A stretch of 63,778 nt of DNA, counting the filler, from Reticulomyxa filosa (taxonomy: Eukaryota > Protista > Foraminifera), in assembly GCA_000512085.1 (NCBI GenBank). It is 22 parts of 22 records of this genome, joined end to end, with 100 filler letters (N's around TTAATTAATTAA, not from the genome) between each part and the next. Parts side by side here need not be neighbours in the genome. Positions count along the whole stretch, not along the records: positions 38,874 to 40,533 come from ASPP01001518.1; positions 40,634 to 42,183 come from ASPP01013674.1; positions 42,284 to 46,004 come from ASPP01037174.1; positions 46,105 to 50,679 come from ASPP01009232.1; 18 more parts are not named here. The stretch is one strand, 5' to 3'. The notes under the pieces are model-generated. The model made no database searches. It was given only the letters and a program-made list of their open reading frames with translations, and was not told the origin of the DNA. Below, piece after piece: positions 38,874 to 50,779 of the stretch. A program made the position numbers and the translations under genes. Positions within the stretch are counted from its first letter, which is position 1. Every line of letters begins with the position of its first letter.

Positions 38874-39915
38874 CCATCATACTAAAAAAAAAAACAAAAA
38901 AACAATGCACAGAATCACTTGGATGTTGTCCACGACATAACATACATTTGTGTTTACTTGGGTCATTCTTGTTTCTGCATTTTGGAGCCAATCCGCAATA
39001 CTTACACACTTTGCGTTTCTTTGAGCAATATGGTTCAATTTGTAGTAGTTTCTCTTGATTTGTTTTTATCGAATGGTTCTGCTTCTTCTCGTCTTTTCTT
39101 TTGTTCAGCAGCAAATATTTTACGTAAATATCCTTTGTTTCCGTCATTATTTTCTTTTTGTTCCATTTGTCCATTTTTGATATTATTGAAGTTGCATTAG
39201 TTGCTGCTCATTAACATCAACCGCAAAATGAATAAATAATGTTCGGAAAATGTATATGCTATACTTTTCGGACAATGCATTCTTGTTCCTTAATCCAAGG
39301 AACTTAATCACTGATGTTGCTGATCTAAATTCTTTGGATTTGATTGGAGTGACTACAATCGTTGGAGCAAAGAAATTGTCGTCGAGTTTTCATATTCTTT
39401 TTCCATACGTTCTCAAATGTAATCATTAGTTTTTTCTTCATTTTGTTGTTCTTCACTTCTTCATTTATTAATCCGCCATCTGGTGCTTTCCTTTTTTGTT
39501 ATGTTCCTTTTAATCTTGTTATTATCAACATCAATCTTGTTTTGCTGCTTTGTCATTACATAATCTTGGGAATTTGATAGTCTGTGATTTGGAATATCAA
39601 TAACATATATACCAGCAAATGATTCACTAGAGTCAGACATGTTCGAAAGTGTAGTTAACATGTCTGCCTTACTATTAGATCGTATGCCGTGTATCCTGGC
39701 TTGCAGTAGAACCGATTGGGGAATTTGCACCTAGGTACACTTAAGCAACTGACAACAAGATACGCGATAGATGCTAAACCGACCAAAAACGTTGCCAAAG
39801 GGTAACAAAATAGTTCAAAGTCACATTCCAACTACTATTAAAAAAAATTTATAGTTAAAATGTCTAGTTAGAATTTTCTTTCTTTCTTGGTCCGGAACTG
39901 TCTTGGACTAGACGA
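38874..39915 (-). mobile_element. Decayed retroelement ORF1/gag-like region with zinc knuckles
   Basis: CSKKRKVCKYCG..KC..HKCMLCRGQHPSDSVHC. Nucleotide homology to 62308-63030 (e.g. GGATTAAGGAACAAGAAT…CATTTTGCGGTTGAT). Many stops. Confidence 0.7.
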
Positions 39916-41189
39916 TGTTTGAAATACTTTACTTGACTTTCAAAATCTATCTCTTTCAAAATACAACTTTTTAAGAAAAGTTAATATTAATGAGAATGGA
40001 TAAATATTAATTTTTTTCTGTTTGAATTAGTGACAATTTTTATTCAGTACACACTGTGTTTCCTTTTTAAATTGTGAGCTACTGGATTTTTTCAGGGATC
40101 TGGAGACTTTGTATCTACGTTGATTCCACAATTTAGTATTAATATGTTTTTGGTCATTGTCTTTATGTTTCATTTTTTTTTCAGATTTTTGATATTAAAT
40201 ATGTTATTTTGGTTTTGGCTTTTAATGATGCATGAAACGTGCAAATGTTGTTTTATTGTTACTTTATAAGGCATTGTAATTTTAGTACTGTGTTCCGTGT
40301 GAATGAGGGCTTAGTTACGATGTTTTTTCCTTTTGTTTTTTTGGAATTTCAATATCACAAACATTCTCAGTCTAAAAAAAAAAGTTCGGAACTTTTTTAC
40401 CCATTGTCTGCCTTTAAAGAGTAAGATCTTATCCAAGTTAAATGAGCACAGTACTCTAATAAAAACAAACAAAAAAAGGAAAAGATCAAAAAATATATCA
40501 AAAACTCACATACAATCAACAACAGCAAGTGAANNNNNNNNNNNNNNNNNNNNNNNNNNNNNNNNNNNNNNNNNNNNTTAATTAATTAANNNNNNNNNNN
40601 NNNNNNNNNNNNNNNNNNNNNNNNNNNNNNNNNAATTGTTGCTGACATTAGCAGAACAATGTGCAAATATATACACAGGTGATGATGCAAAAAAAAGAAT
40701 TAGCGGTGAAGATTGTGCAGGACATGTGCATTGTTATTTTCATTTTTATTTTTTTGTTTTCTTTCACTTTAATTTTTTTTTGTTTGATCATCTATGATTC
40801 GATTTCTTAATTTTTTGGGGTTTATTTTAAATTGAATATTTAATTGAACTATTGTGTAATTTCAATATTCTGCAACCAGTTTCAAATAACTTGAAAATTT
40901 TTATGGTTTGATTCATATCGATATTAATTTAAATATGCATTTTTTTACATTGGTTAGATTTGAGCTGATGTTTCATAAGTTTGAATAAAATGAAGTAGCA
41001 ACGGATGATATTTTCTTCTTTTTGACCATTGACTAAGTGGCTTCTTTTGTGACGTTAGTTTGTTAGTTGTAGAAATACCGAAATTGTATAAAACATTCAG
41101 TTTGACAACGTTTTTACTTTCACAAAAAAAGGTTCTAAAAAATACTCTAAAAAACTATAACAAAATGGTGGTCCATATGTTTGGGGATC

Positions 41190-41607
41190 GAAACACCATT
41201 TTATCGGCTTTTTCGACAATACATTCTCAGTTGCAATCGGTCATGGCAATGATCAGTCCGGCCAAGTGAGTTCATCCTTGAAAAGGGTACTTCAACTGGC
41301 CGTAGGTCGATAGGCCCGAGATGTCCATCGGAAATGATCAAGATGTTGCTGAATGAATGTTCCTATTGAATTCCACGTTTTTGAAGAAGTTATATCCTTG
41401 TACCAATAGCAGCGTCTTCAGAAAAAGCGCCAGATTGGGCACCACGGGCGCATCACACGAAAGATCATGCACTGACGTTGACAGGCCGTCAGACCACGTC
41501 AGCGGGATGAACAGCAGGGTAAACATGAAATTGAGTAAAGTATTAGTGAGCTGTGCAAATCTCTCAACTTCTTTAATGTGTATAATAGAAGAGAAACTAT
41601 CATGCAC
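41190..41607 (-). pseudogene. Decayed membrane-protein-like coding relic
   Basis: Hydrophobic ORF 41338-41607 continues past in-frame TGA codons with coding-like GC content. Confidence 0.3.
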
Positions 41608-42612
41608 AAAGCATGAAGGGGGAGAGGAGGGAGAAAAAAGTTCGTCAAAATAACAATTGAGTTTATGTGTGGAAACATAAATTAGTAATATATTAACAAA
41701 TAAATAAAAAGTTTATCAATTTTGGGAAATAAAAAATGGACAGTCATTTTATTTATTTATTTAAGATGACGCTAATGAGTTAAACAAACACAGCAGAACG
41801 GGTCCTGAGAATAAAAAGTTTTTTGATGTTGTAATCAATGATCTTTTAAAGTGAGGAAAAGAAAATGATGAAAAAAAGTGAGTCATTGTGGTGGGCGCCA
41901 TGTTTTAGCACTTTGGCTATGTGGCTGGTACTGGTAACGACTAACGTCCTGGACGCATGTCCGTTGAACGACCCTTGCATTGGGTGCAACCAAGTGCAAA
42001 ACTGTTTGACAGAAGACTGTGTGTATGTGACGATACCGCAAATGGACACAACATGGACGCACACAACAAGGATTTGTTAGTGGAAAGCAAACTGAAAGGG
42101 TTGATGAATGTGACCACACTCAAATATCACGTAGTATGCTGTAATACATTCAGCGATTTACTTGAAGGAATTGTAATGAAATTNNNNNNNNNNNNNNNNN
42201 NNNNNNNNNNNNNNNNNNNNNNNNNNNTTAATTAATTAANNNNNNNNNNNNNNNNNNNNNNNNNNNNNNNNNNNNNNNNNNNNCCACCCCCATGTCAAAA
42301 AAAAGATGAAAAGGTTTATTTATTTTTTCATTTTTTATTTTTTTTTAATGAAATGTACGTTTGGGTTTGAATAGGCATGCCCCCATCAAAAAAAAAAAGT
42401 GTTTGTTGTCCTCTGCCTCCATGTGCAAAAGAAAAAAAAGATAGGAAAATTGGAATTCGAGCTTTGAGCTCGAAGGCAAAAGTATGTTGCTTTTTTTTTT
42501 TTTTAATGAAAAAAATTTAACTTGTGATGTGCTAATAGGAGTCAAGTTCAAATCAAATTGTAAAGTTTTTTTTATTTTTTATTTTGTATTTATATTTGAG
42601 AGGGAAAAAATA

Positions 42613-42770
42613 GATGGGAAAAGAATTGGGAAAATAGTTGGGAAAATGGTTGAGAAAATAGTTGGTAAAAGGGTTGTGAAAATAGTTGGGAAAAGGGTTG
42701 GGGAAATAGTTGGGAAAAGGGTTGGGAAAAGAGGGAAAAAAATTGTGAAAAAGATTGTGAAAAAAAGTTA
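42613..42770 (+). repeat. 12-bp tandem minisatellite, consensus GTTGGGAAAA(GG/TA), 10 units plus degenerate copies
   Basis: Units in 12-bp register from 42613 to 42732. Confidence 0.85.
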
Positions 42771-45679
42771 AAAAATAAATTGGGAAAAAATATATAATTT
42801 TATTTAATGAAAAGAATGATAAAATAAAAAAATGGAAAATATGACAAAAATAATAATAATAAATGCCAGTTGGAAAAAAGTAAAAAAAATTGTTAAAAAG
42901 AGAAAAAATGAAAAAAAGAAAAAAAGAGAAAAAAATTGAAAGAAAAATTGTAGAAGGAGCAGCAGAAGTGCAAAGACTGGTGATATATGCTCAATTTGAT
43001 GGAAAAATTCGAAACTCAAGACAAGAAACCGGAAGCAATAAGACGAAAATTAGTATTGGATACAGAGAGTGATCGTATCAAGTTGGATTTGTTTTATAAA
43101 AAAAAAACAACATGATTTCTAGTTTGTTTATTTGAATTGTGGTTTATTTCTGGATACGCGCAAAGTCGTCATTCGTGCGTGAACAACTTCAAATAACGCA
43201 ATCTAATTGAAGATTCAAGAAGTGGCAATCATAGCATTAAAAAACTTATTTGCCATCAACTTAGGCGACAAGTATCTTCAAATAATTATTGGAGTGACAA
43301 ATCACCAAAGACGATGTTGAACTGCGACTACATGCTTCAACAAACAGTGAAGCTAAATCGTTATGAAATTGCGATAATTCCATGAATCCATGAACAATCG
43401 AAACTGGTCGTGTGCGTACGCACATTCGCAACTTTGTGTTTGAATCGTGCATAAGCCGATGGTAGCATCATCCGCAACAAATACGCATAAGAAGGAAAAA
43501 AAAAATTATATTACATCATTAAAGCGACAATCTAAACGTTAGATGTACTATAAATGTCCGCGCAAAATATGTCTCTCATCAAAAGTGAGACAATTTTTTC
43601 AATTACAAAGTACATACGTTATCATGGAACAGTTGGACAGATTTTCACAGGCTAATCCCGGAAAGTTGGGTCTTGGTGCAGCTAGACGACGAAAGAAAGC
43701 TCACCAAGAAGAAAAAAGAAAGGTGTTGAGATACGCGAAAGTAGAAAAAATGGTGTCTCAACGGCTGAGAAAAAAAGTGGAAACCGATGAAGCAAAAAAT
43801 GTGGAAATCGTTAGTAAATAGTTAATCATCGCAATCGAGAAAGTCGATCATCGGGAGAATATTCCATATGAAGTGGTTCAACTTGGTGGATGTTGTGCGA
43901 AACTCCGTGAAGGTATTGACAGGCAAGAAGATAAATATGAGGAAGATGAGGAGTAAGATGGGAATGAAGAAGGAATCTCGCGTTGGATCTGTTAAAAAAA
44001 AAATTTCCAGATTTGCTAAGTGTGATTATGTATGACTCTTCACGCCTGCGAGTGAAGACTTTGTGTTTCCAGACCATGCACTACCTTGCTATAGAACGCC
44101 GCCAGTCAAAGACAATGAATAAGAGTGTGGAAATACTTTGCAGTGATTACGCGAACAATTGAAACGAACTTGACCATCAACATATATGCACACAAATGTC
44201 TGTTGCTGCGTCACTCCAACAATTATCCGCAAAGAAGGCGTCAAGCTGCGATGTACATGTTCCAACGAGCAAGTGAAACTCGATTGTTATAAAAACAGCT
44301 CTAACTACTCGTGTCGAGACCGGTCGTGAGCGTACGTACATTCGCAACATGACTTTTTAGTCGTCCGTGTGCTGCTGATGGGAGAAATAGTGAGATCGCG
44401 AGTGACATAATTATTAATGATGATGAAAAGATAGAGAAAGCTGTTTGTATTTTCTGGCTTAGTTCGGCAAAGATCATCAGAACTTGTTCGACAGACACAA
44501 GGCATTTTACTCTTGCAGTAACGGTCTCCAGATCGACTGTAAACCACAGACGGCGCGTTGGATGCGACACAATACTTTGTATTAGTTGCATTATCACAGT
44601 AATTGGAGAATATTAAAGTGCATGTCATCAAGTTTAGTTGGATTCGAATCGAAGTGGTTTTAAATTATGAATCGCGTAGTGGCTTTGGCGTACTCAAGAA
44701 CGAATAGTCCAAAAATGAAAAAGAAAATACGAATGGTATCATCACTCGTTGAATCACCAATCCAAATATTGTCGAATTAGCTCATGGTTATGGATACAGA
44801 AGTTTTCAATCGCAACCATTATCCAACGTGTCCATCATTACAAGAGCGACTGAGTGAATGAATGTCGTATTTAGAAATTATCAATCATAAGATGGCATTG
44901 AAATAGTTGAAAAAAATTGCCCTAGTTCAATGGCGGATAATATTTCTTTTTGGTGGGCTTCGTGTCTGGACGCATCAAGATCTAGAAAGAAAGACGTTGC
45001 GCAAAAAAAAAAAAAAAAAGATACGATATCAAGACTGGATTGATGGAAGAAATGAAAAAATGGAAGACAAAGAAAAAATAATGCGCGTTATAGAAAATAA
45101 GTACATATGGCTGTCGAGTAAGCCATCTCACATGGAACCATTCTCCCGATGTTGTTGTGGCTCCAATTTGGTGAATAAGTTTTGCGATACTCAAGTCAAG
45201 ACCATTGGCAAATAATAAGAAGATGATGTGGAAGAATAGTATTCAAGGCCATACTGTCGTTGGATTTGTTTTTTTTAAAAAAAAAAAGACAACATGTCGA
45301 CTTTATTTTGATCAGGAATGGCTCTTTACACACCCACAGTAGCGGCTTTGCGAATCTTAACATGGACTGATTTGCCCCCTCAATAGAAACTACTGCACGA
45401 TGTGTAACAATGTCAAGCGCAGTCCAATGATAATAACGACGACGATAACGATAACGCAGTCCATGTTCATTCTACTCATTTGTCAATTACTTCAATATAT
45501 TGGACTGGTATTGTGTGCGCCCGATATTTGATCCAATGCTGTTGGTGTCGCGGAAGAGATGTAGTGTTGTTGCACCATTTATTGCAAAAAAGTAACAAGT
45601 CGTGCCGATCGATAACGGATCGACGATTCAAAAGTCGCTCTGTTATTTGTCGAACAAAACAAAAGGTGCATATTTGCAA

Positions 45680-46001
45680 TGTGTTGTGGCTCTGGGCCCT
45701 GCTGAGTGTAATATTTGTGTCAGCGGTCGAGCCCCTCTCTCTTCTCTCATCTCACCTCTTATCTCAAAGACGCCGTCGCTGTGAATATGAGAGAATTGTT
45801 CGGTTATCAAAAACCGAATCACTCAAATTCGAAAAGTGGAATGGTCTGCCATTGACAAGACCGCCATCCAAAAAAGTAGTAGCTCTAGGGGAAGAGCCTT
45901 TCAATGATAATAGCTTCCCCAAATAACAGTTCAATTGTTCCAAATAACGGTATGTTTGATAGAAGCATTATCATTGAAACCAGTGCGCGCATTCCAACAC
46001 A
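45680..46001. ncRNA. Candidate structured RNA or element terminus: closed multi-hairpin fold
   Basis: Terminal complementarity TGTGTTG/CAACACA encloses five hairpins, including an 18-bp stem (45899-45917 / 45962-45979). No family motif recognised. Confidence 0.4.
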
Positions 46002-46147
46002 AGGNNNNNNNNNNNNNNNNNNNNNNNNNNNNNNNNNNNNNNNNNNNNTTAATTAATTAANNNNNNNNNNNNNNNNNNNNNNNNNNNNNNNNNNNNNNNN
46101 NNNNTATATATATATATATATATATGTATATGCATATATGTACATAT

Positions 46148-48382
46148 ACCGCAAACTCGGCAAAGGCACTATTGATAATCTTTAAAATATATTGAATCAG
46201 CAAAAATAAATGACGATAAAATTGCGTGGCGGTGCCCATGGCCTCTGGAGGGAAGGACTTGATATTGACGAAATAGGCGTTGATTTCGTTGTCGATGAAG
46301 AGGAAGGAGTCGGTGACAAAGTCGGCCCACGTGATTTTGTTGTCGTGTTCGTCATTGTCAATGTTGTGACTACCTCCTCGTTGATGGCCAAGTCGCTCTC
46401 GATAGCGATAGACACTTGGGTCATCATTTTGCGCATCCGTCTTTTGTCTTTGATCATCTTCCTCGTCTTCGTATTTTTTCAATTCTCGCGTCGCCGGGGA
46501 CTCCCACTTTTCGGCCTTGGCGGCCCTCTCGACTGCCTCTCCCGTGCGTTGTAAGGATCGCTCCATCCAATTTTGCAAGCGCGTCGTCACCTCCATTTGC
46601 ACAAAGCTGAATATGTGATCAACTCTTTGATGTGCCGCCGACGCGCCCATCTGTTTCAACTCCTCTGTGAACGCACTGTCTCCAAACATCTCTTCGAGAC
46701 TCGCATTGCGTAAGATTTCGATCACCGGTGGCGCGAGTCCGGGCATTGGCGCATTGATTTCTTTATCTTCGTCAATCTTATTTGTCTTTGCTCCGTTTTC
46801 ATTGCCATTGCGACTTTGGTTTTCTTCCTGTGCTTCTTCTTGTGCTTCTTCTTCTTCTTCTTCTTCTTCCTCCTTTTCCTCGTTCGCATTAGCTTGCCTT
46901 TCAAGCGCGTTGGCCTTTTCGCGCTGCAAAAACGTGTACTTGTAGCACAGTCGTTGCAACAGCAGCTGCAAACGATACGCCCCGGTCAGCAGTATGCGAT
47001 AGGCCAGCTCCAGACTCTCTTGGTTCGATGCCAGCAGGTTTATTATATCATCCACAAACTTTAGAGCTAGCATTTCCATTCCGACCTTGTTTTATTTTGA
47101 TGTTTCACATTTAAACAAACAAAAATTTGTGTGTGTGTGTGTGTGTGTGTGTGCTGACCTTTTCTCAAAGGAAAGATGTATACGTATATATGTATATACA
47201 TATATATATATATACTAACTTCAGGAATAACATTGAAAATCCCATATTCCCAAAGTGTAATGCTAATGTTTGAATCATCTTTAATGAGCAACTCGATTTC
47301 TTCAATGTACTCAAACCACTCTTTTTTTTTGCGTTCGTCTCGGAAGTACTCCAGCAAATCCGGCTTTTTACGGACAACGATTTCTTTCTTTTCGGGCTGC
47401 GCTTGCACAGGAGGGGGTGTCTCTGACTCTTTCTTGTCGTTCTCGTCCGACTTTTTACTGTGTTCACGATCCTCGCTATGCTCATGTTCATTCTCATGTT
47501 CGTGAAATCGTGATCGTGATCGTGATCGTGATCATGATCATGATCGTCTTCCTTCTCTGCTTGCTTCGTTTCGTCGCCATTCTCTTTCGCGCTTTTTGCG
47601 GGCAACTCTTTCGCAGTTTGGCCGCCTTTTCCCACAGACTCGTTCAGAATTGACACAATGTCATATTGCTCCTTTATCTTCGTGTACTGTTCTCCTCCAA
47701 CGACAGCACACACGTAGGTTGTTTTTTTTTTTTAAAAAAATGTTCATTTGATATAACAAATAATAATAAAAATAATAAAAAAAGCTTGGTTGATTGTTGT
47801 AATTACTAAACAGCAGTGTCGGCGGAAATCTTGATGCATTCCAAGACAAAGGACGCATAGTCCGAATATGCCGCTTGCTGTTTGCCAGAGACCTCGTCTT
47901 TGGAGGTGGACGCTTCAATGTACAGCATGATGACTTCGGCGACCACATAGGACTTCACGCTGTCGTGCAGACACTTCAGCCACTGTTCCAGCGCCCTTTG
48001 TCCGCGTTGCAGTTGCAACTGACATAGCTTTGCATTCAACTCGTCCAGCTCTTTGCGCTCCTCGCACACACGACGAATTATCCAAGATATGTGTTTCATG
48101 TTCGTCAACATATCGGGGAAGAACAAACACAATTGCCTATAATACACAGTTGTGGCAAAAAAAAGGGACTCTTTTTTTTTTTTTTTTTTTTGGACATAAG
48201 TTGCAATCTTATCAAAACTGAATCTGGTCCAATCGCAATCCGCCAAGTTTTTGTCTCATATGAAAGAGATCGTCAATGATCCACAGAGGATTCACCTCGT
48301 TGTCACGATCATTTTCTCCCTTGTGAATGCTTCGAACATACGCTTGCAGTAGCAATACCAATTGTGTCCTAAACATATCCCA

Positions 48383-48413
<31 letters not shown>

Positions 48414-50535
48414 AAAAAAGAAATGCAAAAAGACAATGCAATGGTTAACACATACACATTGTTGACAAGTTTGGTCTTTTTCAAATTGGTGTAAAGCGTG
48501 CCAATTTCCCCCAAGTCTCGCAGCAAGCGGCCTCTGTCGGCATCAGCATAAGTTCGCGTCGAGGAGTGGAATAAGCACTCGGACAGCACCTCTGCAAGCA
48601 ACTCAAACACCTTGTCGCACAGCGTCAGAGCTCCAGCTTGGCCATCTTCATTGCAGCATTTTCAATTACAAACATTTGTACATACATGTTTCAGGGAGGA
48701 GAGAAGGGAGAAAAAAAAAAAAAAATTAACTTGGTCCAGAACTTTGCAAATGATATTTGAGTGTAGAACGCGTGTCTATTAAAAAAAAAAAAAAAAAAAA
48801 AACGTGAATAGAAAAACATTGCAAAACAAAAACAAGCGCAAAAAAAAAAAAAAAGGCAAGCAATAGCAAATATAGCATACCTCCACTTTTGAGTGGCTCA
48901 TAATGAAACTGCAGACTCTTGAGGGCCATCGTTAGGTCGTGATATTTGGAAGCACGCTCGGACACGTCTTCGATAAAGTACATATCGGTGACACGCTGAT
49001 AGATGAAAATCTTTTGTCCTCCTCGCAAAGTGGACAATGTACCGACGACAACGGATTTGGTCATGTCGGCGATTTTGGTAGTGTAGCTTCCTTTTCCGTT
49101 GCCCTTGTTATCGCCAACGCTGGAGAGCGAGATGCCGTTGCTGATCGCCCTCATTGAGCCGGAGAGGATGTCTTGTCCTTCTCCGCGCTTTCGGAACTCG
49201 ACGTGTTTGCCCGTGGCCAACTCTTTATTGGCGTTCGACTTCCCCAGAGCCTCCTTGTCAATGTTCTGACTTTCTTTGGGCAATTGGTTGACAATGTTTT
49301 CGTGACTCATCAAATGGACATGCCATATCAATCCGCTCAGCAGTTCTGCCATGAAATACTCCGACGGATCTACAGGTATCCCTGTGTTGTGGCTGTGCTG
49401 GGGTCCGTTGGACGTCCACGTGGACTTTCCGCTTTACGTTCTTTTTTTTTTTTTTTTTTTAAATAAATAAAACAAACAAATTAATTCATTGGGAAAAAAA
49501 AAAAAAACAAAAAAAACAACAAAGTTTACCTGGTTGCAAGGCAGGCATTCGACTGGATGTTTTCGGTTGCCAAACGGCAGCTCGCACCCAAATTCTTCGA
49601 CGATATACATGTCTTTGGTTTGGATTGTCCGTGGATTTCCATCGAAAAGGCTCCGTGGTCAGCTTGTGACAATACATCCAACCATTCTTATCGTAGGCCT
49701 CCACATTGATCAAGTGATCGTCCAAGTCGTCCTGGGGACGGGAAATGCTCGAGGCAATGCTCCCTCTACTCTCCGAGCTCGGCTCGTCGTCGTCAGGGGT
49801 CTTTGGGGTCTTTTTCACTTTGCTCGTCTCCGGAGACTTGTCGCCTCTGTTTCGCGATGGCTCTCGGCTGCCTTTGTCCGTGTCATGCGAGTTTTTGCGT
49901 GTCAGTTTGCTTTTGCTGTCCTTCATCATGCTTTTTAATTTGTCTCCAAACCCTGATTTTTTCTATTGCACACCATATCAATAAATTAATGTATGTGCAT
50001 ATGCTTTTCATGACTGACATGTTTCTGTTCAGTTTTTGAAAAGTTAAGAAAATGTGTTGAATAGAGCTATGCAATAAAATATGACATACAAATACCCATA
50101 TACATATACACATATACATATATATATATATACATATATATATGCATATATATATTATATACATATACACACCTCCTCTTTGTGTTGACTGTCGCTATGT
50201 CCCGTCATAGCTCCACCAATTTTGTGCATCATTTTGACAAATTTGCTGTCTTCTCTTTCATTATTTCCCAAGTCAAAGTCCGTGACATCGTGCATACTAT
50301 TTGGCGATAGCGGAGTTAAAGAGGGCGTATTGTTGTTAGTTCCGCCCCCACCTGTGCCGCTCAGTCCTCCTTTCGATGGCACCGGCTTCTTGTTCTCTGT
50401 CGTGAGTAAGCCCGGGGACTTCAGTATGTGTAACATTGGGTTATTTTCGTCGTGCATCGATTTTGCCGCTTGTAGGTTTTCCAACGAAGGAAGAAGCACA
50501 CTCCAACCTTTTGGGCCCATTTGTGCCAAAAACAA
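46148..50535 (-). CDS. Multi-exon protein with DysF (dysferlin/peroxin-type) motif and MUN/MHD1-like (Munc13/PATROL1-type) helical region; both ends missing
   Basis: DKNGWMY…HVYRRRIWVR is DysF-C-like (GWxY…RRRxWxR). RLQNWMERSLQRTGEAVERAAKAEKWESP…VTDSFLFI resembles MHD1 (W…V.RA..E.W.P…VD.F). Chain of minus ORFs separated by introns. Confidence 0.65.
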
Positions 50536-50779
50536 ACAACCAAAAAATCGATTGCATTTTTTTTGTTTGCTTTTTTTTAAAAAAAAGGGTTAATCGAACA
50601 TGTATACATTGCATATAAATGAACACAAAAAAAAAAAAAAAAAAAAAAAGGGGTCAATTGAGGAGGGGATATGCACCCANNNNNNNNNNNNNNNNNNNNN
50701 NNNNNNNNNNNNNNNNNNNNNNNTTAATTAATTAANNNNNNNNNNNNNNNNNNNNNNNNNNNNNNNNNNNNNNNNNNNN

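Noticed and set aside
42484-42771. ORF with (IVGK/RVGK)n repeats
   Set aside because: Translation of the 12-bp minisatellite; no independent coding evidence.
24702-45000. Stop-codon reassignment suggested by scattered in-frame TAG/TAA/TGA
   Set aside because: Conserved genes end in TAA (PARP, transposase), TAG (WD40) and TGA (G-alpha) and have no internal stops. Interrupted frames also have frameshifts, so pseudogenisation is the simpler explanation.
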